A stretch of DNA of 64,000 bases from Savagea sp. (GCA_030152585.1 JASLJC010000057.1:27637-91636), one strand, 5' to 3'. Numbered from the stretch's first letter, positions 19,961-30,868 are shown. The notes: a model not told the origin generated them from the letters alone. A program made the numbers and translations.

Positions 19961-21328
19961 TTATACGTGTTCGTGTTTTTTGTAAAGTCCTAGTATACGC
20001 GCTAAAACGATTAATGCGACGACAACTGCAAGACAACTTAATCCGACAACGAGCGCACCATACTGTACCATGAGCATCGGAAGTGCAATCGTTAACAATC
20101 CTCCACCGAGGACCGGAACGTAAAATGGAGAACGTAAAGCATAACCGCGCGCTGCATTCGTCTCCATATCAGGGTCAGCCGTACGCATGAGCATTAAGCC
20201 GACCGCTGCGACACCTGTATATGAACCGAAGTGGACGATTGCTTGTTCAAACCAATCTTCGTCGAAAAAACGAGGACCGAGATATAAGAAATACCAAATC
20301 ATCATCAGTAACGAAACCGACATTAAAATGAGTAACGGCCACGCATATTCAATAACTGTCGAAACTTTTACGCTCGCTACCGCACCGACAATTAAAAAGT
20401 CTAACGCAATCCCTTGCATACGACCGAATGTTGCCATGTCGATCATTTTGAAAAATTTCGTATTGACGATTAACATATTAATGATTAACCCGCCGAGCAT
20501 CGCCATCGGAAATAGCGGGATGCCGTGAATAAACTGATCGACAAATTGCTGTAAAACCCAACCGATAGCAATTGCTCCTCCGAGAATACCAGCATGAAAA
20601 GCAAATCCTTCTACGATATCAGGATTAAACGTTCCGACCGAACTTGCTTCACGTTTTTCATACGGAATAACGTCTGGATTCGCATCTTCTTGAATTTCAG
20701 ACGGATCTTGCAAAATCGTCGTTTTTCCTTTTCGAACACCGTAATTAATTAAAATAATACCGGTCACAATACCGAAAACGATACCGATTGTCGCACTCGT
20801 TACCGCAAGTGACCCACCATCTTCCCAACCTAAATTGTTGTACACTTCCATCATACCGGCAGCCGTTCCGTGTCCTCCTGCCCAACCGATTTCTACGATA
20901 GAGCCGAATAAATCATTCACTTTAAAAAGTGGAACGAGGACGAGTACCGTTAATATAACAGGAATCGACCATTGGAGTAAACTGCCGACATAACTGTAAA
21001 TCGTATGACGCGCTGCAATAACAGCAGACTCTTTTCGATCTTCCCGTTGAAACGTTAATCCGATCAACATCGGCGCGAAAACGATCGTAATGAGTAATCC
21101 CGATAAATTTCCCCATGTGGAGACCATTTCTTCCGAAAAAAGTTTGACACCGTACGGTCCGAGCGCTAAACCGAGAAATCCTGCAATTAAAGATGCCGGA
21201 ATAAAATACCGTTTAAAAATTTTAAATTTTAGTCGGATGATAACACCGACGACGAGCAAAATGCCCATAATAGCCACGTACAATAATAACGTATGTAATG
21301 TATCCGATGATACGAGTTCTACTGGCAT
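19961..21328 (-). CDS. sodium/glutamate symporter family (GltS/ESS) transporter
   Basis: FIPASLIAG, GWAGGHGTAAG, SATIG motifs; about 12 TMs. Substrate not determinable. Confidence 0.85.
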   Translation of the reverse strand: MPVELVSSDTLHTLLLYVAIMGILLVVGVIIRLKFKIFKRYFIPASLIAGFLGLALGPYGVKLFSEEMVSTWGNLSGLLITIVFAPMLIGLTFQREDRKESAVIAARHTIYSYVGSLLQWSIPVILTVLVLVPLFKVNDLFGSIVEIGWAGGHGTAAGMMEVYNNLGWEDGGSLAVTSATIGIVFGIVTGIILINYGVRKGKTTILQDPSEIQEDANPDVIPYEKREASSVGTFNPDIVEGFAFHAGILGGAIAIGWVLQQFVDQFIHGIPLFPMAMLGGLIINMLIVNTKFFKMIDMATFGRMQGIALDFLIVGAVASVKVSTVIEYAWPLLILMSVSLLMMIWYFLYLGPRFFDEDWFEQAIVHFGSYTGVAAVGLMLMRTADPDMETNAARGYALRSPFYVPVLGGGLLTIALPMLMVQYGALVVGLSCLAVVVALIVLARILGLYKKHEHV

Positions 21329-21432
21329 ATTCCATCCTCCTCTTTCTTCTTCTCTACCCGAAAGAAAAGGATTTTATTCTTTTTTTACTAAAAAACTGTA
21401 AACAGGTCATAAGAGACCTATTTACAGCTTTT

Positions 21433-21969
21433 TCATTCGTTTCTTTTTTTCATAAAATACGCTTCGGCTTCTTCCCAATCGTTCACACGTTCAGGGTAAT
21501 CGATTCCTTCGTTACGTGCAGCCGTAAACATTACCGCTCCATCACCGAATCGTTGCAATTGTTTCGGCGAATCATCGATTAAGTAATCGGCACGAATCGT
21601 ACTTTTATCTCCGCAAAATGTAAACAGTTCAAAATTTAAAAACGGGAAATGCATTTGTAACCAATCGTATTTCGCTTGGAATGACTCCGGAATATACATC
21701 GCCGCTGTTGCAATCATAATTTCGTAATGCTCATTTAATTGTTGCAACGCTTTTTGGCTCCCGGGTATAACAGGTAATGCTCTAAAAAATGCATCACTAT
21801 GCACGATTTCTCGCATCAATTCTTCATGTTCTGGAAACAACTCAAAAACAAAGCGTCCCGTTGCATCCTCTTTCGTATACGTCGTGCCCACTTTTTCGTT
21901 CATTAACGTTAACAAATGACCTGAAAAGTCCGCTAACACTTCGTCCATATCTACTGCAATTCGTTTCAT
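21433..21969 (-). CDS. 5'(3')-deoxyribonucleotidase (HAD, NT5C family)
   Basis: IAVDMDEVLAD, KYDWLQMHFPF, CGDKS, YLIDD. Confidence 0.9.
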   Translation of the reverse strand: MKRIAVDMDEVLADFSGHLLTLMNEKVGTTYTKEDATGRFVFELFPEHEELMREIVHSDAFFRALPVIPGSQKALQQLNEHYEIMIATAAMYIPESFQAKYDWLQMHFPFLNFELFTFCGDKSTIRADYLIDDSPKQLQRFGDGAVMFTAARNEGIDYPERVNDWEEAEAYFMKKRNE

Positions 21970-22019
21970 ACGCTCTCCTCCTCGCTTTCATTATGCCTTG
22001 TCGAGAAGAAAAGAACAAC

Positions 22020-24650
22020 TCACAGCGCTTCTATCTTCTGAACGACCGTATTTAAAATACCACCGTTTCGGTAATACGTTAATTCGACTTCATTATCTAA
22101 ACGCAATACAACGTCGATCGTTTGTATCGTTTCACCTTCTACGCGTAATGTCACAGTACTGTTCGGTTCCCACGTATCAATCGGTGTTTCGACAGAATAC
22201 GTTTCATCCCCTTTGAGTTGATACGTTTCGGCATTTTCATCTCGTTTATATTGTAATGGTAAAACGCCCATTCCGACGAGATTGGAACGATGAATCCGTT
22301 CAAAACTTTCGGCTAATACGATCGCTACACCTAACAATTTCGTTCCTTTTGCTGCCCAGTCTCGTGAACTACCGGTTCCGTATTCTTTTCCAGCTAAAAT
22401 AATCGATTGTTGCTTCCGCTTCGTATAACGAGAAGCTGCTTCATAAACTGTCACACATTCACCAGTGTCTCTATCTGTCGTCCAACCGCCGACTTTCCCT
22501 TGTGCGAGTTCGTTACGTAATCGCACGTTCGCAAACGTTCCACGGACCATGACGTGATGATTTCCTCGACGTGAACCGTAATTGTTAAACTCCTCTGGTG
22601 ATAAGCCTCGTTCTATTAAATAATGACCCGCTTCACTATTTTCAGGAATGTAACTAACGGGTGAAATATGGTCGGTCGTAATCGAGTCGCCTAGTTTTAA
22701 TAACGGTACGAGTCGTTGAAGTTGTGCATCTGTCGGTTTCGTCGCATAGGCAGAATCAAAATAAGGAGAACGTTGAATATACGTCGAATGTACGTCCCAA
22801 TCGTAACGTACTCCTTTCGGTGCTTCAATTCGTTCCCACGCGTCGTGTTCATCGACTTTAGCGTAATGAGACGTAAACATATTTCCGTCGATATACGCTA
22901 AATGATACGCTTCAATTTCTTCTGATGACGGCCAAATGTCGCGCAAATAAATCGGTGCCCCATCTAATGAAGCGATCGGTTCACTGGCAAAATCAATCGT
23001 CATTCGTCCGGCTAAAGCGTATGCGACGACGAGCGGTGGCGATGCGAGATAATTCGCTTGAATATCGGGATGAATACGCCCTTCAAAATTACGGTTACCG
23101 CTAATGACACTTGCCGCTACGAGTCGTTCTTTTTGAATCGTTTCACTGACACCTTCTTTTAACGCGCCACTATTTCCACAACACATCGCACAACCGTAAC
23201 CATCGACATAAAAACCGATTTGAGCGAGCGCTTCTAACAATCCCCCTCGCTGTAAATAATCCGTAACGACACGCGAACCCGGAGCGAGCGATGTTTTGAC
23301 GTAAGAAGGTGGCTGTATTCCGAGTGCTACTGCTTTTTGGGCAAGTAAACCTGCACCGATCATGACGAACGGATTGGACGTATTCGTACAACTCGTAATC
23401 GCTGCGAGTACTACAGAGCCATCTGTTACCCGGTCTTGATCATGAGCGAGTTGCGGCCTCTTTTTTGCGAATCCTCCTTCTTCTACACGTGCTGAAACGA
23501 GATGTTCAAATTGTGAAGCGACATTCGACAACGTCACACGGTCTTGCGGACGTTTCGGACCTGCAAGTGACGGTTCGATCGTCGACAAGTCAATTGTCAT
23601 CGTTTCGGTGTAATGGATATCTTCATCACCCGGCATAAGACGTTGTACTTTCGCATACGTTTCCCACAATTCAACGACTTCCTCTCTTCCCGTTTCACGG
23701 AAATAGTCGAACGTTTGCGCATCTGTCGGGAAAAAGCTCATCGTCGCACCGTACTCGGGTGCCATATTCGAAATCGTTGCGCGATCTGTTACCGGCAATG
23801 AAGCCACTCCTTCACCGTAAAATTCTACAAACTTCCCGACGACACCGTGTGCCCGAAGTCTTTCAGTCAGCGTTAGCGCTAAGTCCGTTGCGGTTACTCC
23901 TTCTCGTAAACGCCCTAACAACTCAACGCCGACGACTTTCGGCAAGACGAAATACATCGGTTCACCTAGCATCGATGCTTCTGCTTCGATTCCTCCAACA
24001 CCCCAACCGATCGTTCCAATGCTGTTAATCATCGGTGTATGTGAATCCGTCCCGACGACATTGTCTGCAAAAATGTACGTCTCCCCTTCACGGACTTCCG
24101 TTTGAATACCAGTTGCTAAATGTTCTAAGTTCACTTGATGGACGATACCGTTTGAAGGAGGTACGACACGTAATTTGTCAAAACTATGCTGTGCCCATTT
24201 CATAAAGCGGTACCGTTCTTCATTACGCTCAAACTCTTTAGCAACATTATAATCGTACGCTTCTTTCGTTCCCGATTGTTCAATAATGACAGAGTGATCG
24301 ACGACGAGGTCGACCGGAATTTTCGGATTGACCGCGTTCGGTTGACTTACCGCATCCCGCATCGCTGCCAAATCAACGATTGCCGGCACACCGGTAAAAT
24401 CTTGGAACAAAATACGAGCCGGTTGAAACGGCACTTCTCCTCCGTCTTCTTTTCCCCATTGAGCTAATGTTTCAATATGTTCTCGCGTAATGTAACGTCC
24501 ATCGTATTGCCGAATCGCAGACTCTAATAATAGACGAATCGTCTTCGGTACGTGACGAACGTTCGGATAATCTTTTTCTAACAATTGTAAGCTCGAATAA
24601 CGATACGTTTTCCCCTTTACTGTAAATCGGCGGCGATATTTATTTTTCAT
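22020..24650 (-). CDS. acnA: aconitate hydratase AcnA-family protein
   Basis: QDFTGVPA, DHS, GIVHQVNLE, GTDSHT, AAITSCTNTSNP, SGNRNFEGR, TTDHISP, GSSRDWAAKG. Confidence 0.93.
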   Translation of the reverse strand: MKNKYRRRFTVKGKTYRYSSLQLLEKDYPNVRHVPKTIRLLLESAIRQYDGRYITREHIETLAQWGKEDGGEVPFQPARILFQDFTGVPAIVDLAAMRDAVSQPNAVNPKIPVDLVVDHSVIIEQSGTKEAYDYNVAKEFERNEERYRFMKWAQHSFDKLRVVPPSNGIVHQVNLEHLATGIQTEVREGETYIFADNVVGTDSHTPMINSIGTIGWGVGGIEAEASMLGEPMYFVLPKVVGVELLGRLREGVTATDLALTLTERLRAHGVVGKFVEFYGEGVASLPVTDRATISNMAPEYGATMSFFPTDAQTFDYFRETGREEVVELWETYAKVQRLMPGDEDIHYTETMTIDLSTIEPSLAGPKRPQDRVTLSNVASQFEHLVSARVEEGGFAKKRPQLAHDQDRVTDGSVVLAAITSCTNTSNPFVMIGAGLLAQKAVALGIQPPSYVKTSLAPGSRVVTDYLQRGGLLEALAQIGFYVDGYGCAMCCGNSGALKEGVSETIQKERLVAASVISGNRNFEGRIHPDIQANYLASPPLVVAYALAGRMTIDFASEPIASLDGAPIYLRDIWPSSEEIEAYHLAYIDGNMFTSHYAKVDEHDAWERIEAPKGVRYDWDVHSTYIQRSPYFDSAYATKPTDAQLQRLVPLLKLGDSITTDHISPVSYIPENSEAGHYLIERGLSPEEFNNYGSRRGNHHVMVRGTFANVRLRNELAQGKVGGWTTDRDTGECVTVYEAASRYTKRKQQSIILAGKEYGTGSSRDWAAKGTKLLGVAIVLAESFERIHRSNLVGMGVLPLQYKRDENAETYQLKGDETYSVETPIDTWEPNSTVTLRVEGETIQTIDVVLRLDNEVELTYYRNGGILNTVVQKIEAL

Positions 24651-24666
24651 CTTCCATTCCCCTTTT

Positions 24667-25806
24667 CTATTCCAATAATGATGCGTTTACGAAAACGTTC
24701 CCTTCCATTATTCGTTTCGCTGTTCGTGGCAAGCCAACTCCTTCTACATCTGTTCGTGTCGCATTCCACGTCACATCAACACGTATAATGCCATCTGGAT
24801 GCGCAACACGAACGTACGGACGATCAATTGGCGAACTGTAACGTGCCGGAATTGTCCCCTCAATTCCGACAACACTTGCGACATTGTACAAACCACTTCC
24901 GGCAAACGTTCGATGAATCCGGTCCATCGACGTCATTCGGACGAGAATATCGTAGTCGGAAGGATGAATCACAACTCCACTTGTCGTCGTATACGTTTGC
25001 GGCGGATAAACGATCGCTACTTTCGGCACTGCTGGAAACTGCCAAGCTTCTTCTTCATTTTTTGTCACTCCGTATGCAACAGACGCTTGCACTCGAATAC
25101 GTCGTAACGTTTCGAGTCGTTCTTTTTCATGTACCCAGTCTGCATTAGACCCATAATCGGTTAACCCTAATGCACTCGCTTCAACGTAGACGAATGGATT
25201 AACAATATCAGCAAACGTTACGTCATAGTGTTCTCCTTCTATGTCTAATGTCGAAACGACGCCGGCTGGAAACGTCTGTCCTGTTTTGCCTCCGCCGGGT
25301 GATAAAATATTCAACCGAATAAACGCTCCTTTTTGGACGACACCTGCCATTTGATCTTCACCGTATACACGCGCTTCTTTTTGAATGACCGGCACTGTCA
25401 TTTCGACAACACGGTCGATATTCCGGTTCAACGTTCGAAGCGTCACTGCGACATCATCTTCAGCAATCTCAATGTAACGCTCATTGACAGCAAATGCTCC
25501 GACACTCGCCATCAAATTTCCGCACGTTCCGACATCGTCTACAATCGGCTCCCCTATACCGATTTGATAAAACGTATAATCGAAAGCAACATCTTCTCGA
25601 CTCGCCGGATGGACGACGATGACTTTACTCGTATGACTCGTCCCGCCGCCAAGTCCATTAATTTGCGACATATTGTACGCATCGATCGCTTCTAAAAAAA
25701 TCGGTCCCCACTTTGAACGTTCTACTGGTAAATCACGTTCATGAAAAAACAATCCCCGACTCGTCCCTCCACGATAAATCGCACAACGAACACTTTGTTG
25801 TTTCAT
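24667..25806 (-). CDS. PrpF-family (methyl)aconitate isomerase
   Basis: YRGGTSRGLFF, GLGGGTSHTSK, TCGNL, DIVNP, SMDRIH, HPDG, RTAKRIMEG. Confidence 0.9.
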   Translation of the reverse strand: MKQQSVRCAIYRGGTSRGLFFHERDLPVERSKWGPIFLEAIDAYNMSQINGLGGGTSHTSKVIVVHPASREDVAFDYTFYQIGIGEPIVDDVGTCGNLMASVGAFAVNERYIEIAEDDVAVTLRTLNRNIDRVVEMTVPVIQKEARVYGEDQMAGVVQKGAFIRLNILSPGGGKTGQTFPAGVVSTLDIEGEHYDVTFADIVNPFVYVEASALGLTDYGSNADWVHEKERLETLRRIRVQASVAYGVTKNEEEAWQFPAVPKVAIVYPPQTYTTTSGVVIHPSDYDILVRMTSMDRIHRTFAGSGLYNVASVVGIEGTIPARYSSPIDRPYVRVAHPDGIIRVDVTWNATRTDVEGVGLPRTAKRIMEGNVFVNASLLE

Positions 25807-25897
25807 CTTTTTCTCCTCCTATTCATGAAAGCCCTTTCATCTATTTTTAGACACTTCTTTCCTTTTTGCAAGCTTTTTCCTCTTTTATACAGACAAA

Positions 25898-25933
25898 AAA
25901 ACACTTTCTTTCACATGACGTGAAAGAAAGTGC
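25898..25933 (-). terminator. terminator after YhgE/Pip gene
   Basis: CACTTTCTTTCAC / GTGAAAGAAAGTG stem with T-run on minus strand. Confidence 0.75.
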
Positions 25934-25937
25934 TCGT

Positions 25938-28900
25938 TTACATAATCATTTTGCTTTGACGTGCTCGTTCCATAAACTTGTCGCTTGAACGGTTGAAGAA
26001 TTTTTTCAACGCAACCCCGGCAATAATCGCGATGAATAAATAAACCGACATATACGCAATATTTTTTAAGACGACACTCCAAATGAGACCACCAACTGCT
26101 TCTCGCATTAATGTAATCCCGTGTGTAAACGGTAAGAAACGGTGAATCTCTTGGAAGAAATCAGGCGCCATCTGAACAGGGAATGTTCCCCCTGAACCCC
26201 CGATTTGTGTCACGAGTAAAATAATCGCTAACACTTTTCCTGTATTTCCGAAAATCGAAACGAGTGTGTAAATAATCGTAATAAATACGACGCTAACGAA
26301 AATGCCAAGTAAGACGAACATGAGCCGGTCGACGACATAGGCGTCGAGTAAATAAATATCTCCAATCGTAACGATTCCAGCTTGTGCAATACCGATCGTT
26401 ACAAATGTAAAGAGACGTCCGAAATACGCTTCGTAACTTCTATATTCTTCTTTATTATCGATATCGACTTTTAATGTCGAAACGAGAATTAATCCACCCA
26501 CCCAAAACGCAAGTACTGTATAAAACGGTGACATTGCAGAACCGTACGTCGGGATTGGATATAACTTATGTTCATCTAAGTTAACAGGTGATGCGAAAAA
26601 GTCGCTCACCCGACTCGGATCATTTTTTAAGAAGTTGATCAATTCATCTAAATTTCCTTCTTTTTCAAATTCCCGTATTTTATCGGCAATTTCTAAAACA
26701 GCATCTTTTGCTTCTGGGAAATGCTCTTCTACAACGTCTAATTTTTCACGTCCCGTCGTCACAGCATCGTCTACTCGCGTAATAACATCTTGTAAACGTG
26801 GAACGACATCTCCAATTTTATCGGCAATTTCATCGGCGCGGTCAACACGCTCGATTGCTGACTGGAAACGATCGTCAAATGACGGTGAAATATCGTTATG
26901 AATATTGTCGATCGATTCTTGTAACGATTGACTCATATCAGCAATCCGCTCATCCATCTTATCGAGCGATTCACCTACATTTTGTCGGGAGTCTTCGATA
27001 CGGCCAATCGACCGATCAATCGAATCTTTAAAATCATCGAGTTGTTCTTGCAAATCGCGTACACGGTCTGCTTGATTTTCAAAAAATTCCATATTGTCGA
27101 TATCGTCCATTAACGTTTCGACCGATTGTTGGAGATCTTCGATATTTGTAATACTTTTCGCAACACGTTCTTCGATTCGCTTCAAAAGGTCGATCATTTT
27201 CGTCGGATTTTCGAGTGACTCTTTTAAATCTTGGAACAAAATAACATTTTCTGCTGCTTGTTTCCGTAACGATTCAATACGGTCTTCGATTTTTTGACGA
27301 CGGTCTTTCAATTCTTTCACCGCTCCGTCGACACCTTCAAACAAATAATCTTCCGGACGTTTCACTTCGTCTGAACCTTTCGCTCGACGTGCATCTTCAA
27401 TCGACTGACGCATATCATTCATCGCCGCTTGTAAGCCCGTCGGTTTATCTGTATCTGCTCCGACGATTTGTCCAGCACTTTCCACGAGAAACGGCGTCCA
27501 CACACGTGGGTCCGCTACTTTTGCTTCTTTCAGCATACTTTCGACACGTTGTTGTAATTGTTGCAGCGCTTTACGTAATAACGTATCGCCTTCTGGTGCT
27601 TTTTCTAACAACGTATTTAAACGGGTTAAACGATCGACGACTTCTTCTTTCGTCGCCCCGCTTTCGATCCGTTCCACAATATAAAGAACTTCACTTAAAA
27701 TGTCTGACGGGTAACGGACAGTACGGTCCATTTGTTTCCGTTTTTCTTCTAAATCTTGAATGACCGCTGCGTTAAACGCTTTTTCTTTTTTCGAAATTTT
27801 TTGTTGTGCATTGTACGCTTTCATTAAAATGATACGTTCATCTAACGTACGACGCATCTCTTCATACCCTTCGCGGTCACCTGTTCCTTTTTTATATCGT
27901 TCAAGCTCTTTTAGAATACGAGGTGCTTCGTCTCGTATCAATAATCGGCGTTTCACCTCTTCAGGTATCGTCTCGCCTTCTCCGTAATCTTTATCGAGTG
28001 CGTCTAAATCATCTTGCGTACGATCGACAGCAACTTTCCATTCCGACATCGTCGGCATTAACGTCGTTTCGATATAGTTCGCATACGGACCGCCTTTTTT
28101 CTCTGACGGTTTTCCTTCTTTATTCGCATCTAAACGGAACCATTCTTCTAACTCATCGTACGTATTTTTTAAATCTTCCATCTCGTCAATACGACGGTCG
28201 AGTGCTGTTAAAATAACATCTTCGCTCAATTCTGCAATCTCATCGATTGTCGTATTAATACTATGGATTAATCGCTCAATCGCACGATACGCCGCACTGT
28301 CGGTATAACCGTTTTCTTCTAAGTCCGCAATTCGTTCGTTCAACCGATCTTGTAAATCGATCAAATCATCTTCTTGCTCTTGTAAACGATCGAGCAATTT
28401 CGAAAGGCGCTCTTTTTCTTTAATCCGATCATCTGCATCGAGTAAAAAATCAATGAGTTCGTCTAGCCGATCATTCGTATCATCGACGCGGTCTTTTTGA
28501 CGTTCTAATGCATCGATCAAATCGTCGACCGATCCATCTTTATTTCGAATACGATCAGTCGTATCGTAAATATCTTCGACCGAATTTTTCGTACGTCCTA
28601 AACTATCTGCAATCCGAACGAGTAAATCTTGTACCGATTCATTACTACTTTGTAATCGATCGCGTAAACGGTCGTTCGTATCGTACATATCTTCTTGAAC
28701 ATCGTACATCCGGTCGACATTTTCAGATGCCCGTTTCGTCGCATCTTTTGCCAAATCTAAGTCACGGTCTGCTGTATGCATGAGTGATTCAATTTCTGGT
28801 AAATTTTCTTCTAATTCAAATACAGCATCTCGCATATTTTCAATCGACGTATAGTTATCGTCTAAACTAATCCCTAAATCGTTAAATGCCGTTAAAATCG

Positions 28901-29411
28901 TCTCGTTCACTTCTTTTACGAAGTTACTTTGAATATTTTCAACGACGGCACTTGCACCTGAACCTGTTACTTTCGGTGAAATTGCGTTCACCTTTTCATT
29001 CATATAGTAGTCGATTCCCGGTTTTTCAATATCATCGGACGTCACGCTCACAAGCTTCTCTGAGAAATCTTCTGGAATAATGATCGCTCCGTAATAATCT
29101 CCATATTTTACACCGTCGATCGCTTCTTCTTTCGTGACGAACTTCCAACCGAGTTGTTCGTTTTTCGCCAATGACTTAATGACTTCATCACCTATGTTTA
29201 CTTCTTCGCCGTCTACTTCGGCTCCTTCATCTTGACTTGAAACAGCAACAGCTACACCGCGTGTATTCGAATACGGATCCCACGATGCAGCAATGTTGAG
29301 CCATGCATATAATGATGGAAGCAAAGAGAGCGCAAGGATGACGATAATCGCTGCGGGGTTTTTCGCAACGTTCATAAAATCCGTCTTTACGATCTTTAAT
29401 ATATTTTTCAT
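25938..29411 (-). CDS. YhgE/Pip family membrane protein with very long coiled-coil ectodomain
   Basis: LPSLYAWLNI..SWDPY, NEKVNAISPK at N-terminus; YGSAMSPFY, QIGGSGGTFP, LPFTH at C-terminus. Confidence 0.92.
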   Translation of the reverse strand: MKNILKIVKTDFMNVAKNPAAIIVILALSLLPSLYAWLNIAASWDPYSNTRGVAVAVSSQDEGAEVDGEEVNIGDEVIKSLAKNEQLGWKFVTKEEAIDGVKYGDYYGAIIIPEDFSEKLVSVTSDDIEKPGIDYYMNEKVNAISPKVTGSGASAVVENIQSNFVKEVNETILTAFNDLGISLDDNYTSIENMRDAVFELEENLPEIESLMHTADRDLDLAKDATKRASENVDRMYDVQEDMYDTNDRLRDRLQSSNESVQDLLVRIADSLGRTKNSVEDIYDTTDRIRNKDGSVDDLIDALERQKDRVDDTNDRLDELIDFLLDADDRIKEKERLSKLLDRLQEQEDDLIDLQDRLNERIADLEENGYTDSAAYRAIERLIHSINTTIDEIAELSEDVILTALDRRIDEMEDLKNTYDELEEWFRLDANKEGKPSEKKGGPYANYIETTLMPTMSEWKVAVDRTQDDLDALDKDYGEGETIPEEVKRRLLIRDEAPRILKELERYKKGTGDREGYEEMRRTLDERIILMKAYNAQQKISKKEKAFNAAVIQDLEEKRKQMDRTVRYPSDILSEVLYIVERIESGATKEEVVDRLTRLNTLLEKAPEGDTLLRKALQQLQQRVESMLKEAKVADPRVWTPFLVESAGQIVGADTDKPTGLQAAMNDMRQSIEDARRAKGSDEVKRPEDYLFEGVDGAVKELKDRRQKIEDRIESLRKQAAENVILFQDLKESLENPTKMIDLLKRIEERVAKSITNIEDLQQSVETLMDDIDNMEFFENQADRVRDLQEQLDDFKDSIDRSIGRIEDSRQNVGESLDKMDERIADMSQSLQESIDNIHNDISPSFDDRFQSAIERVDRADEIADKIGDVVPRLQDVITRVDDAVTTGREKLDVVEEHFPEAKDAVLEIADKIREFEKEGNLDELINFLKNDPSRVSDFFASPVNLDEHKLYPIPTYGSAMSPFYTVLAFWVGGLILVSTLKVDIDNKEEYRSYEAYFGRLFTFVTIGIAQAGIVTIGDIYLLDAYVVDRLMFVLLGIFVSVVFITIIYTLVSIFGNTGKVLAIILLVTQIGGSGGTFPVQMAPDFFQEIHRFLPFTHGITLMREAVGGLIWSVVLKNIAYMSVYLFIAIIAGVALKKFFNRSSDKFMERARQSKMIM

Positions 29412-29518
29412 CTTTTGAACTCCTCACCCAAATCAGATGTTCAATCTTATTATTTCCGTCTTCCAACGAGTTGAACTTCTAATCATCTTACATCATCGAA
29501 GGTGAAAAATCTATTTTC

Positions 29519-30640
29519 TCACGACTCCGATTGTTTCGACGTTTTCCACCAATTTAATCCTTCTTTATCATGGAAGTTAATGAGCATTACCGTTAAAATC
29601 GGCGCTGCGATCATACCGAGGAAACCGAATGTCTTCAATCCAACATACATGACAAATAACGCCAATACAGAATTGAGTCCTAATTTTTGGCCGACAATTT
29701 TCGGTTCCATGAAATTACGGACGATCGTAACAATTCCATAAATGACACCGAGCTGAATCGCTAATTTGAAATCACCGTTAATGACTTCAATGAGTACCCA
29801 CGGAATCATAATCCCGCCTGTTCCAAATACAGGAATCATATCAAAAATCGCAATACCTGCAGCGACAGCAATCGAGTTGTCCATTCCTATGACGGTAAAC
29901 CCAATCGAAAGTTCGATAAACGTAATAAAAGCGATTAAAACGTACGCTTTAACGTAATCTTGGATACTCGATTTAAAACTATCACCGGCAGTTCGTCCCA
30001 TCCGTAAATAGTGGGCTGGAATTTGTTGTTTTAAAAAATGAGTAATTTTATCGTAATCCCATGCAATAAATAAAGAAGCTAAAACGGCAAAAGATACTGT
30101 AATGAAAAAATTCGGTAACGATAAAGATAAATGCGTAATATACGTCGCTAAATCTCCTGAAAGTGAAACGATACCGTTCGTAATCGCACGCAAGGCATCA
30201 TTAAATACAGTACGATATTGATCTGTTAATTCCGGTGAAAAGCGATGAAACCATTCTTCACTAAACGTTTGAATTTTACGTAATGCTGGCAACACATTGT
30301 CGTAATAAATACTCGGTACACTTTGAATTAACTTCCCGAGCCAACCGATTGATTTAAAAATGAGCCATGTAAACACACTGCCAAGCGCTGTAAAAAGAGC
30401 GATGATAACCGTAATCCCCCACACTTGACGATTTTTTAACGGCGTCACTTTGACGAGCCAACGGACAATCGGCATCGACAGCCACGTAATGAACAATGCA
30501 ATTAAAAATGGCATAATAACCGGAACTATGTATTTTAATACAATACCTATTAATCCTAAAATAATAGCGATATACGCTATTTTAACGATAAATGATTTTC
30601 TTTGAAAATATGTTTGTTGATCTGTCATCACAATCCCCAC
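29519..30640 (-). CDS. ytvI: AI-2E family membrane protein (YtvI-like)
   Basis: PFLIAL, DMIPVFGTGGIMIPW, RNFMEPKIVGQKLGL, GFLGMIAAP. Confidence 0.8.
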   Translation of the reverse strand: MGIVMTDQQTYFQRKSFIVKIAYIAIILGLIGIVLKYIVPVIMPFLIALFITWLSMPIVRWLVKVTPLKNRQVWGITVIIALFTALGSVFTWLIFKSIGWLGKLIQSVPSIYYDNVLPALRKIQTFSEEWFHRFSPELTDQYRTVFNDALRAITNGIVSLSGDLATYITHLSLSLPNFFITVSFAVLASLFIAWDYDKITHFLKQQIPAHYLRMGRTAGDSFKSSIQDYVKAYVLIAFITFIELSIGFTVIGMDNSIAVAAGIAIFDMIPVFGTGGIMIPWVLIEVINGDFKLAIQLGVIYGIVTIVRNFMEPKIVGQKLGLNSVLALFVMYVGLKTFGFLGMIAAPILTVMLINFHDKEGLNWWKTSKQSES

Positions 30641-30675
30641 TTTCCTTCTCTTTGATACTTTTTATTAAAATTCGC

Positions 30676-30704
30676 TTGCATTTTGTAAAAATTAGATATA
30701 CAAT
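30676..30704 (+). promoter_or_regulatory. sigma-A promoter with no downstream CDS
   Basis: TTGCAT-17 bp-TACAAT. Confidence 0.7.
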
Positions 30705-30710
30705 ATAAGT

Positions 30711-30868
30711 GTCTATTGTACTAGTAACCGAATGGAAATGAAGTTACTTTAGCAATAGGCCGTCTCTTAATCTCTTTTTTCCTCCGTCTCTACACTACTC
30801 ATTACACGTGCTATCCCAAAGCGAATGTAACCTTCTAAACTTGTAAACTCTGTAGAGACGGAGCTTTT
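30711..30868 (+). ncRNA. candidate structured sRNA (RNA-A)
   Basis: Starts at predicted +1; 5' hairpin GTCTATTG..CAATAGGC; 13-bp perfect stem CTCCGTCTCTACA/TGTAGAGACGGAG followed by CTTTT; apical ATCCCAA loop; no credible ORF. Confidence 0.6.

Noticed and set aside
22020..24650. Calling the aconitase AcnD of a 2-methylcitrate operon
   Set aside because: Motifs are AcnA-like and prpB/prpC are absent from the window.
25938..29411. YhgE/Pip as part of a type VII secretion locus
   Set aside because: No EssC/WXG100 or other T7SS genes adjacent in this window.
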